A stretch of 32,000 bases of DNA. Source: Pseudidiomarina andamanensis (GTDB lineage Bacteria; Pseudomonadota; Gammaproteobacteria; Enterobacterales; Alteromonadaceae). The translations under genes and the position numbers were made by a program. The notes under the pieces were generated by a model, which was not told the origin of the DNA, searched no databases, and saw only the letters and a program-made list of their open reading frames with translations. Location: contig NZ_CP032551.1 in NCBI RefSeq assembly GCF_009734345.1, forward strand, positions 1,800,001 through 1,832,000. The letters are read 5' to 3'. Below are positions 1-7,305 of the stretch, piece by piece. Numbering within the stretch: position 1 is the first letter of the stretch; every line of letters begins with the position of its first letter.

Positions 1-489
1 TTTGAACAACATGCTACGAGCCTTAAAGCTTTTCAAAACGAGTTCAATAGAGAGCAACGCTTAATTTTTGATTGGCTGCTTTTACTTGGGCAAAAAGAAA
101 ATTCACAGGCTGAACTCACAGCCTTTGCTGAGCGCGTGATTAATCAACAGCCTTCTCGGTTAGTTGAAATAAAGTTATTGAGCGAACTCGTTTTCAGAGG
201 CAAATTCCCGGAATCAGCAACAGTATGGAAACGTCTCGAACAAATTAGTAACGAGCGGGTGTTTGCATCTTACTTGCCATACCTCGCCGCTCGCGGCTTT
301 GACAACTCAAAACAGTTACTGCAAGCTGCATTACAGCAACATGCGAGTTTTTGGCGTAACTATGAGTTATATTCATACCTTAATGATGTCGCTTTTGACG
401 AACAACAACGTGCTGCTTTTGAGCGGCTAATCGAAAATATGAATGAAGAACAGCAACAAGCCTATAGAGCATTCGCTAGAAGTCGATGA
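1..489 (+). CDS. Hypothetical protein, 5'-truncated by the window edge
   Basis: Frame 1 is open from nt 1 to the TGA at 487-489. The listed ORF 136..489 is only its first in-window Met. The protein is Gln/Glu-rich and helical-looking, with no motif I recognise. It overlaps the downstream kinase ORF by 47 nt. Confidence 0.45.
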   Translation, partial: FEQHATSLKAFQNEFNREQRLIFDWLLLLGQKENSQAELTAFAERVINQQPSRLVEIKLLSELVFRGKFPESATVWKRLEQISNERVFASYLPYLAARGFDNSKQLLQAALQQHASFWRNYELYSYLNDVAFDEQQRAAFERLIENMNEEQQQAYRAFARSR

Positions 490-1192
490 ATTAGAGGGGT
501 TACTGGCTCAAGTTCAAGAACAGCAGCGTTTGCTTCAACAGCAGCTCGACTATGAACATCACGCTATGCTTGGCCTAGCGAAACGATTGTGGGTGCAACA
601 AGAGCAAGAGAGAGCCTATTTCGCTCGAGAGCTACATGATGATATTGGCCAGCAACTCATCGCTCTGAGGGCGCAAATAGATTCATTGCAAAACCCAAAG
701 TTCAAACAAATACAAGATGGGTTACTACAAGTTATTGAAAGTACGAGAAGTCTTTCACGTATTATGCATCCAACGATTCTCTTTGATCTTGGTTTGGAGC
801 GTGCTCTTGCCTGGCTCAATCGACAACTACTAGAGCCAGTTGGCGTGCAGTTGCAGAGTCGTTACGATGTATCGATTGAACTTCCAAATGCCGTCAGCTT
901 GTTGCTCTTCAGAATTGCGCAAGAATCGTTCGTGAATATTGTGAAGCATGCTCGAGCGAATCAAGTTGAATTGGCAATCATAGAAACATCTCAAGGCATT
1001 GCGATAAAAATCAAAGATGATGGTATTGGGTTTGACGCAAAAACAGCTGTCCGTGGTATCGGTTTGCAAAGCCTAAAAGATAGAGCTTTAGCCTGTGGTG
1101 CAACCTTAGACATAAAATCAATACCGAAAAGCGGTTGCGAAATAAGTCTATTGTTGCCTTATCAACAACTCTCCGAGCTTGGCGACCTATGA
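443..1192 (+). CDS. Sensor histidine kinase core (HisKA_3 + HATPase_c, NarX/DegS/LiaS type), no transmembrane segment
   Basis: H-box ELHDDIGQQLIALR; N-box FRIAQESFVNIVKHA; G1 IKDDGIGF; G2 GIGLQSLKDRA. A coiled-coil-like Gln-rich N-terminus is present. An in-frame TGA (440-442) lies immediately upstream of the ATG. There is no obvious SD. Confidence 0.85.
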   Translation: MKNSNKPIEHSLEVDELEGLLAQVQEQQRLLQQQLDYEHHAMLGLAKRLWVQQEQERAYFARELHDDIGQQLIALRAQIDSLQNPKFKQIQDGLLQVIESTRSLSRIMHPTILFDLGLERALAWLNRQLLEPVGVQLQSRYDVSIELPNAVSLLLFRIAQESFVNIVKHARANQVELAIIETSQGIAIKIKDDGIGFDAKTAVRGIGLQSLKDRALACGATLDIKSIPKSGCEISLLLPYQQLSELGDL

Positions 1193-1815
1193 TTTCGCTC
1201 ATTCTAGCTGACGATCACACGATGGTGCGACAAGCCATTGCAACGACCTTAAAAGCGACGGGATTATTTACAATCGAATATGAGTGTAGTGACGGTTTAG
1301 AGTTAGTTGAAGCTGCGCTAAAAACTCCCGTTGATATCGTTTTAATGGATATTTCTATGCCGAGAATGAATGGTTTTGCAGCACTTGAAAAGCTTCTTCA
1401 TCATCGGCCACAAAGTAAGGTCATTATTCTAAGTATGCATAGCGAGCCTGAATATGTTGAAGCAGTAAAATTAGCAGGTGCTCGGGCTTACATTCAAAAA
1501 GATGCTCCTTCAGAGCAACTTATTCAAGTGATACAAGATGTTGCTGCTGGTAAGTTTTATTTTCCTCTTAAAACAAACCAATCATTGGCATCACTATCCT
1601 CACCTACCAATCCAATAGAGGGATTAACACGGCGCGAACGGGAAATTTTCTATTTAGTCGTTGCCGGGCGAAGCAACAAGCAAATTGCACAATTACTCTC
1701 ATTGTCAGCAAAAACCATTGAAAACCACCGTACTAATATCTTCAAAAAACTGAAAGTTACTTCCACTGTAGAACTCATCCATTTTGCAGCCAAAAATGGA
1801 TTACTTGAACCTTAA
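1189..1815 (+). CDS. NarL/FixJ (LuxR-type HTH) family response regulator
   Basis: Receiver motifs are ILADDH, VLMDISMP (phospho-Asp), ILSMH and KDA. The C-terminal GerE/LuxR HTH reads LTRREREIFYLVVAGRSNKQIAQLLSLSAKTIENHRTNIFKKL. I prefer the ATG at 1189 because it forms an ATGA overlap with the kinase stop (1190-1192). The track's 1135 start would add 18 non-receiver residues. Confidence 0.9.
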   Translation: MISLILADDHTMVRQAIATTLKATGLFTIEYECSDGLELVEAALKTPVDIVLMDISMPRMNGFAALEKLLHHRPQSKVIILSMHSEPEYVEAVKLAGARAYIQKDAPSEQLIQVIQDVAAGKFYFPLKTNQSLASLSSPTNPIEGLTRREREIFYLVVAGRSNKQIAQLLSLSAKTIENHRTNIFKKLKVTSTVELIHFAAKNGLLEP

Positions 1816-3047
1816 AATGATTCTTTCGCCATGGCCACAACCGTATCGAGAAGCACGTTTGTGCCGGCTTCAACATCATGCCAATGCGACCATTCATCAG
1901 GCGCGTGGCTCACACCATTGATTGACGGAATAAAAATTAGGCCGGCGTGCGTGATTTCACTAAGGAATTGCGTGTCGTGCCCAGCACCGCTTGGCATTCG
2001 CGTATAACTATAACCACGCTGCTTAACCTGCTTCTCAATTAAATCAGTGAGTGGTTCCGAGCATGGTTTTGGCGAGAGCCAACTCACTTGCTCGTATTCA
2101 AACATTAACCGGTGACGTCGAGCAATTGCTGAAAGAGTTTTACGGCAGGCATTAGCAAGCTCTTTCATAATGCCTTCATCCATATCACGCCCAACAATGG
2201 TGAAAATCGCTTCCCCTGGAACCGTGTGTGGGTGACCTGGCTTCAGCTCAACTTTACCCACCGTGATACGGGTTTTATCGGTGCCATTTTCGTCAATTAT
2301 ACGCTCAATTTCATGAGCAAAATCAGCAAGCCCCATAAATGCATCACTACGCATATCCATTGGTGCTGTTCCAGCATGATCAGCTTTCCCTTTGAGGTGA
2401 ACAATCCATTTGAACACCCCTGAAATACCTTCAACCACACCAATTTGGAGTTCACGTTGAAACAGTACTGGCCCTTGCTCAATGTGCAGTTCAACAAAGC
2501 CTTTCAGTTGCTCCGGCCGCCACGCGGCATCAAGCGCTTGCATCGCATCGAGTCCCTGAGCTGCCATCGCATCTTTCAAATACACATTATCGGCATCATG
2601 CGCTGAGAGTAACCAGTCCGGATTCAAGCAACCAGAAATTGCTTGTGCACCCAGCATACCACCAAACCGACCTTCTTCCTCGGCGGTGGCCACACCCCAA
2701 ATAGGCGTTTCTATATCCGGTTGCTGTTCATTAATGGTTTCGATGACTTCGAGTGCTGACATCACACCCAACGCACCATCGAAAATACCGCCAGCGGGAA
2801 CCGTATCAATATGCGAACCCATCAAGATAACGGGCTTGTCGCGGTCGCCGCGACCAAAAAACACGTTACCGGCACCATCCATGTAGGTATCTAACCCAGC
2901 TTTTTTGGCTTTATCTTGCAGCCAGCGTCGGCTCTCCATGTCAGCATCAGTGAAGCCAATGCGGTACATGCCGCGGTCTTGTTCGTTGTAGCCTATTTTG
3001 GCAAGTTCAAGTAAGTTTGCTTTCAGTCGTTCTCCGTTGATAACCAT
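1812..3047 (-). CDS. M20-family Zn-dependent amidohydrolase (allantoate amidohydrolase / N-carbamoyl-L-amino-acid hydrolase type)
   Basis: 411 aa. Motifs: MGSHIDTVPAGGIFDGALGV, ATAEEEGRFGGMLG, HIEQGPVL, SGAGHD. Length and layout are typical of the AmaB/AllC/HyuC group. The substrate cannot be assigned from sequence alone. Confidence 0.85.
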   Translation of the reverse strand: MVINGERLKANLLELAKIGYNEQDRGMYRIGFTDADMESRRWLQDKAKKAGLDTYMDGAGNVFFGRGDRDKPVILMGSHIDTVPAGGIFDGALGVMSALEVIETINEQQPDIETPIWGVATAEEEGRFGGMLGAQAISGCLNPDWLLSAHDADNVYLKDAMAAQGLDAMQALDAAWRPEQLKGFVELHIEQGPVLFQRELQIGVVEGISGVFKWIVHLKGKADHAGTAPMDMRSDAFMGLADFAHEIERIIDENGTDKTRITVGKVELKPGHPHTVPGEAIFTIVGRDMDEGIMKELANACRKTLSAIARRHRLMFEYEQVSWLSPKPCSEPLTDLIEKQVKQRGYSYTRMPSGAGHDTQFLSEITHAGLIFIPSINGVSHAPDEWSHWHDVEAGTNVLLDTVVAMAKESF

Positions 3048-3054
3048 AGAACCC

Positions 3055-3097
3055 CGTTATTCGTTATTCGTTATTCGTTATTCGTTATTCGTTATTC
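3055..3097. repeat. Perfect tandem heptanucleotide array (CGTTATT)x6, 8 nt upstream of the amidohydrolase start codon
   Basis: Read directly: six exact CGTTATT units at 3055-3096, plus C at 3097. On the minus strand this is (GAATAAC)n followed by GGGGTTCT-ATG. Confidence 0.95.
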
Positions 3098-3153
3098 ACT
3101 GATTAGAGTATAGAAGGTCACGAAAGTTTTGTTTAATTAGGGTTTGTCTTTCT

Positions 3154-3190
3154 CGAATAACCAATAACGAGTAACGAGTAACGAGTAACG
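3154..3190. repeat. Inverted partner heptamer array (GAATAAC, CAATAAC, GAGTAAC x3)
   Basis: Read directly. It is the reverse complement of the 3055-3097 array with one substituted position per unit. The arms are separated by about 56-62 nt, and a TTTTTTGTTT run follows on the + strand. Confidence 0.9.
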
Positions 3191-3205
3191 TTTTTTGTTT
3201 GGAGC

Positions 3206-3231
3206 AAAAAAAAGCCCGGCGAATGCCGGGC
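3206..3231 (-). terminator. Rho-independent terminator downstream of ahpD
   Basis: Stem GCCCGGC / GCCGGGC with a 4-nt loop. It is preceded on + by A8, which is a U-run on the minus-strand transcript. Confidence 0.8.
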
Positions 3232-3315
3232 GGAATGAGAACAACCAGATCTCAGGGAAGTTGAGCACACTATAATGCGCAAGTGTGACAAGTAAGTGAC
3301 ATCAAGCGATTAAAA

Positions 3316-3843
3316 TTAAGCAATGCGTTTTGCAGTTGCCGCAGCATTTAATACCGCTGCCATTTTAATCGAGTTTTGAATCACTTGAGCTGAAATATCG
3401 TGCTTCAGCAATACACCAACGTGTGAGTCGATGCACATACCACAGCCGTTTAATGCTGATACTGCCAATGAATACAGTTCGAAATCAGCTTTATCAACGC
3501 CTGGGTTTGCCATGCCATTCATGCGCAAGCCAGCTGGCAATTTGCTGAACTGCTTGTCGGTGCACAAATGCAAGAAACGGTAGTAAACGTTGTTCATCGC
3601 CATTAGTGTTGCGGCTAATTTCGCTGCGCTATCAACGTTTGCTTCAATTTTACCTTCGGCTTCAGCTTTTACTGCGTCAATTAACTCGTTATCGCCAATT
3701 GAATACACCAGTGACAACGCTGTGCCGTAGAATTGGGTCGCGGTCATACCCGAAGTATCGACATTGCCGAAAATATTCGACAAGTTGAGTTTGGTATCTT
3801 TACCGTGGTCGCCCAAACCTTGTTTGTAATCTGCAATGCTCAT
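3316..3843 (-). CDS. ahpD: Alkyl hydroperoxidase AhpD (carboxymuconolactone decarboxylase family)
   Basis: 175 aa with the CxxC..H active-site motif NGCGMCIDSHV. It sits directly downstream of a peroxiredoxin. SD AGGAGGA lies upstream of the ATG. Confidence 0.9.
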   Translation of the reverse strand: MSIADYKQGLGDHGKDTKLNLSNIFGNVDTSGMTATQFYGTALSLVYSIGDNELIDAVKAEAEGKIEANVDSAAKLAATLMAMNNVYYRFLHLCTDKQFSKLPAGLRMNGMANPGVDKADFELYSLAVSALNGCGMCIDSHVGVLLKHDISAQVIQNSIKMAAVLNAAATAKRIA

Positions 3844-3858
3844 ATAAATCCTCCGCTT

Positions 3859-3885
3859 AAAAAAGGTGCCGCTTTCGCGGCACCT
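3859..3885 (-). terminator. Intercistronic terminator-like hairpin between ahpC and ahpD
   Basis: 9-bp stem AGGTGCCGC/GCGGCACCT with a 4-nt loop, followed on the minus strand by U6. A second hairpin (AGACATCAC/GTGATGTCT, 3888-3920) lies just after the ahpC stop. Confidence 0.6.
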
Positions 3886-3922
3886 GAAGACATCACTTAT
3901 TTGTGGGGGATGTGATGTCTGC

Positions 3923-4474
3923 TTACAGGGTGTCGCCGCCTACTGCACGGTTACATGGACACAATTCGTCCGTTTGCAAACCGTCAAGAATACGCAGTAC
4001 TTCTGCTGGGTTACGACCTACGTTCAAGTTGTTTACTGACACGTGCTGAATAGTACCGTGTGGATCAACAACGAAGGTTGCACGCAATGCGACGTTTTCA
4101 ACTTGGTCACGAACACCTAAACCATCAACCAAAGATTTCACGCCGTTGTCAGCGAATGACCATTGGTTCAAGCTCTTCAGATCTGGGTGTTCACGGCGCC
4201 ATGCCAATTTGACGAATTCGTTGTCAGTGCTACCACCTAATACAACCGCATCACGGTCAGCGAATTCCTCGTTTAGTTTCGCAAACTCAACAATTTCAGT
4301 TGGGCATACGAAGGTGAAATCTTTTGGATAGAAGAAGATGATCTTCCATTTGCCTTCGAAGCTTTCGTTGTTAATTGTCTCAAATGCGCTTTCGCCGTTT
4401 TCTTCTGGCATGTTGAAACCAGGTTTTACGCCGACTACTTCAAATTCTGGTAATTTATCGCCTACGGTTAACAT
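3923..4474 (-). CDS. ahpC: Peroxiredoxin AhpC (AhpD-dependent, actinobacterial-type with C-terminal CPC)
   Basis: The peroxidatic Cys lies in FTFVCPTE. The C-terminal motif is ELCPCN. The start is taken at the ATG at 4474 (MLTVGDKLPEF) with SD AGGAG 7 nt upstream. The track's longer 4600 start adds a non-homologous leader. Confidence 0.9.
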   Translation of the reverse strand: MLTVGDKLPEFEVVGVKPGFNMPEENGESAFETINNESFEGKWKIIFFYPKDFTFVCPTEIVEFAKLNEEFADRDAVVLGGSTDNEFVKLAWRREHPDLKSLNQWSFADNGVKSLVDGLGVRDQVENVALRATFVVDPHGTIQHVSVNNLNVGRNPAEVLRILDGLQTDELCPCNRAVGGDTL

Positions 4475-4661
4475 ATTGCTTGTCTCCTTGTTCGACAGAC
4501 TAATTGGGAAAATCAAAATTGTTGAGGCCTGTCGCCTCAGCTCGCAGACAATAATAGGGGCTCGATTAAATTTGTTAAAACGAATAAAACGGATTAACAT
4601 AATCGAAAATACTAATTGAACAAAAATTTGTTTTATTTAAATAGCCACGGTGAGGCACGAG
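4475..4661. promoter_or_regulatory. Divergent ahpC / oxyR promoter-operator region
   Basis: AT-rich 187-bp divergent intergenic region. It contains a CGATTA (4563-4568) ... TAATCG (4600-4605) dyad spanning about 43 bp, which is the size of an OxyR footprint. I could not match the ATAG-N7-CTAT consensus convincingly. Confidence 0.45.
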
Positions 4662-5576
4662 ATGAGCAAACTACCTAGTTTAAAAAATCTGAGCTATTTA
4701 CTGGCATTACACCAGCATCAGAATTTCAATCGCGCAGCGCAGGCGTGTAACGTCAGTCAATCAACTTTGAGTAGTGGTATTCAAAACCTTGAAGAGCAAC
4801 TTGGATGTCAGTTGATTGAACGTGACCATAAATCATTTTTGTTCACCGGCATGGGTGAAGAGGTGGTGGAGCAAGCACGCCAAATTCTTACCTCAACCGA
4901 AGAGTTACTGTATTTCGCCCAAAGCCAAGGCAAAATCATGGAAGGCCCGTTACGCCTTGGTTGCATTCCAACCATTGCGCCGTTCTTGCTTGGTGATTTG
5001 ACCAAGAAGCTAAAAGCCGATCATCCCAAGCTGCAATTAAGCATTCGCGAAGACACCACGGTCAATTTGCTACATTTGCTACGCAACGGTGAGCTTGATG
5101 TGTTAGTGCTGGCGCTACCTGTCGATTTGCAAGGTAATCAAAGTTATGTGCTCGGGCGTGATCCGTTCAAGTTAGTGATGCACTCAAGTTTGGCAGAAAA
5201 ACTCGCTGAGCCGGTGCAATATAATCAGTTACCCGACAATTCCATTTTCTTGCTCGAAAAAGAGCATTGCTTAACCGGGCATGCGGTATCGGCTTGCGAA
5301 CTAGCTGATTCAAGTAAGATTAATCCGTTTACCGCCACTAGTCTGCATAGCTTAGTACAAATGGCTGACGCTGGACTTGGCGCAACCTTTATTCCGCAAA
5401 TGGCAATTGACCGTGGAATTTTGAATGGTACTGAATTGGTTGCGTTGCAGCCGAGTGGGCAACAAGCATCGCGAGAAATTGGGTTGATTTATCGACCGAC
5501 GACGAACCGTCGTACAACTTTCCGTAAATTAGCTGAGTGTATAGCGCAGTTATTGCCAGAGCCGCTACTGAAATAG
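4662..5576 (+). CDS. oxyR: LysR-family hydrogen-peroxide sensor OxyR
   Basis: N-terminal LysR HTH: LSYLLALHQHQNFNRAAQACNVSQSTLSSGIQNLE. The redox pair HCLTGHAVSAC has the same 9-residue Cys spacing as E. coli C199/C208. The gene is divergent from ahpCD. The ATG at 4662 is preferred over the GTG at 4650. Confidence 0.88.
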   Translation: MSKLPSLKNLSYLLALHQHQNFNRAAQACNVSQSTLSSGIQNLEEQLGCQLIERDHKSFLFTGMGEEVVEQARQILTSTEELLYFAQSQGKIMEGPLRLGCIPTIAPFLLGDLTKKLKADHPKLQLSIREDTTVNLLHLLRNGELDVLVLALPVDLQGNQSYVLGRDPFKLVMHSSLAEKLAEPVQYNQLPDNSIFLLEKEHCLTGHAVSACELADSSKINPFTATSLHSLVQMADAGLGATFIPQMAIDRGILNGTELVALQPSGQQASREIGLIYRPTTNRRTTFRKLAECIAQLLPEPLLK

Positions 5577-5582
5577 CGGCTC
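5559..5582. terminator. Hairpin overlapping the oxyR stop codon, possible bidirectional terminator
   Basis: 9-bp stem GAGCCGCTA/TAGCGGCTC with a 6-nt loop between convergent genes. The U-tract on either strand is weak. Confidence 0.35.
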
Positions 5583-5606
5583 TGAATTATTCAAACGGGT
5601 TTTTAA

Positions 5607-6032
5607 TTAAGGCGCGGTGCGAAGTTCACTCAAACGCGGGCCAATGCTGGCTTGGTTTGGTGCTTTCTCAGCGCTTACTTCCGCTTGAGTCAGATCAACT
5701 GGCTCGCCAACTTCGGCAGAAATCAGCGCCTGCAATTGATCTGGGGTCAGATTTTTACCGGTATGCACAACACGTACACCAGAATCATCACCCGTTGCCG
5801 CAGTGCCTGGTAAATATATCGTGCCATTTGAGAAGTCGACCGCAAAAGCAATTACACCAGGGACCAAAAAGAATAATAATCCAATACCGTTGAGTGCAGC
5901 GACGCCTGGATCGATTTTGCCACTCACCTGTCCTTTACGCTCAGGATACAAGATTGTACCGCAAGCACTAAGATGCAGAGTCGTTAAAATCAGAACCGCT
6001 GCTTTTAGTGTGTTACGCTTGAAATTTACCAT
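5607..6032 (-). CDS. Hypothetical lipoprotein with an internal hydrophobic segment
   Basis: Signal peptide plus lipobox LHLSAC-G. A hydrophobic stretch follows: GIGLLFFLVPGVIAFAV. The N-terminus (CGTILYPERKG) loosely resembles YceK/YidQ-type lipoproteins. That resemblance is weak. Confidence 0.7.
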   Translation of the reverse strand: MVNFKRNTLKAAVLILTTLHLSACGTILYPERKGQVSGKIDPGVAALNGIGLLFFLVPGVIAFAVDFSNGTIYLPGTAATGDDSGVRVVHTGKNLTPDQLQALISAEVGEPVDLTQAEVSAEKAPNQASIGPRLSELRTAP

Positions 6033-6166
6033 TACAGCCTCCTTGGGTGGGCATGTTAATTTCCTGTAATAACTGAAGTGTAACGAAAAAAAAGCAATCC
6101 AAAATTCAATTTAATCTATATTTACACTAGTAAAGATTCGTAAATGATCAATAAAAGGAGCACCTT

Positions 6167-7303
6167 ATGTTACGCAAATTACTGGCCGTGAGTGTCACTG
6201 CGGCGCTAGCCGTGACTGCTACAACCGCTGCTGCAGAGACGGTTTCAACAGAGCGTCACAAGGTTTCTGTGAACACCATTACGGACAAATTAAATAAACC
6301 ATGGGGCATGGCATTTTTGCCATCAGGTGAGCTGTTAATAACCGAAAAATCAGGCACCTTACGTCGAGTGACACGCGATGGTGTAATAAGCGATGCGTTG
6401 AGCGGCGTTCCAGCGGTGGTTGATAAAAGCCAAGGCGGATTACTTGATGTAGCTGTCGACCCGAACTTTGCTGACAATCAGTTTGTTTACATCAGCTACT
6501 CAGAGGCGGATCCTGCTGGTGGCGAAGGGAATAGCACTGCGGTGATGCGTGCGAAATTATCAGACAATGGCTTAATCGACGGTGAAGTCATTTTCCGTGG
6601 CGCGCCGAAGTATAAAAGCGGCGCACACTTTGGTTCGCGCTTAGTGTTCGCCCCTGATGGTCACCTATTTATTACTCTAGGCGATCGCTATTCAGCCATG
6701 GATGATGCGCAAACTCTGGATAACCATCACGGTAAAGTTGTTCGTATAAAGCCAGATGGTAGCGTTCCAGCCGATAATCCGTTTGTTGGCCAAGACAACG
6801 CGCTTCCTGAAATTTGGTCGTACGGTCACCGTAATGTGCAAGGCGCTGCCATTCATCCAACAACGGGCAAATTGTGGACCGTTGAGCACGGACCAAAAGG
6901 TGGTGATGAAATTAACATTCCTGATGCCGGAAAGAATCACGGTTGGCCAATTGCAACCTATGGCGTCGATTACGATGGTAGCATCATCAGTAATAAAACC
7001 CACGTTGAAGGCACCGTACAACCGCATTACTACTGGGTTCCTTCCATTGCGACATCCAACATGATCTTCTACACCGGAGATAAATTTCCTGCATGGCAAG
7101 GCGATTTACTGGTCGCCGCATTGAAAGGTTCACAAGTTGCCCGTCTTGATCTTGAAGGTGATCGCGTGATGCATGAAGAAACCTTGTTTGAAGAAGCGGT
7201 GAAACAACGTATTCGCGATATTGAACAAGGTCCAGATGGTTATATTTATCTGATTACCGACGATCGCGCTGGTCAACTCATTCAAATCAAACCTGCGGAA
7301 TAA
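6167..7303 (+). CDS. Periplasmic PQQ-dependent sugar dehydrogenase (soluble aldose sugar dehydrogenase YliI/sGDH beta-propeller family)
   Basis: Sec signal peptide ending AAAE. Motifs: PWGMAFLPSGELLITEK, GGLLDVAVDPNF, HFGSRLVFAPDGHLFITLGDR, GKVVRIKPDGSVPADNPF, IWSYGHRNVQG, GPDGYIYLITD. SD AAGGAG lies upstream. Confidence 0.85.
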   Translation: MLRKLLAVSVTAALAVTATTAAAETVSTERHKVSVNTITDKLNKPWGMAFLPSGELLITEKSGTLRRVTRDGVISDALSGVPAVVDKSQGGLLDVAVDPNFADNQFVYISYSEADPAGGEGNSTAVMRAKLSDNGLIDGEVIFRGAPKYKSGAHFGSRLVFAPDGHLFITLGDRYSAMDDAQTLDNHHGKVVRIKPDGSVPADNPFVGQDNALPEIWSYGHRNVQGAAIHPTTGKLWTVEHGPKGGDEINIPDAGKNHGWPIATYGVDYDGSIISNKTHVEGTVQPHYYWVPSIATSNMIFYTGDKFPAWQGDLLVAALKGSQVARLDLEGDRVMHEETLFEEAVKQRIRDIEQGPDGYIYLITDDRAGQLIQIKPAE

Positions 7304-7305
7304 CT

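Noticed and set aside
3055-3190. Possible CRISPR array
   Set aside because: The units are only 7 bp and directly abutting, with no spacers, and no cas genes are present. It is a microsatellite-type inverted repeat, not a CRISPR array.
3266-3287. Hairpin CACACT-N10-AGTGTG containing TATAAT, just downstream of the ahpD stop
   Set aside because: The stem is short (6 bp) and AU-rich, with no U-tract and no matching -35. The real terminator lies at 3206-3231.
4555-4610. Exact OxyR operator
   Set aside because: A 6-bp dyad is present, but I could not find the ATAG-N7-CTAT-N7-ATAG-N7-CTAT pattern. I therefore kept only a low-confidence regulatory-region call.
5537-5893. 118-aa plus-strand ORF
   Set aside because: It overlaps the oxyR 3' end and runs antisense to the lipoprotein gene. 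It has no SD and no recognisable motif.
6120-6160. Fur-box-like AT-rich sequence (TAAATGATCAATAAAAG) upstream of the dehydrogenase-receptor operon
   Set aside because: It matches the 19-bp Fur consensus GATAATGATAATCATTATC only partially by eye. That is not enough to claim iron regulation.
6692-7099. 135-aa minus-strand ORF and 102-aa plus-strand ORF (6756..7064) inside the dehydrogenase gene
   Set aside because: These are shadow or alternative-frame ORFs within a gene that has strong family motifs.
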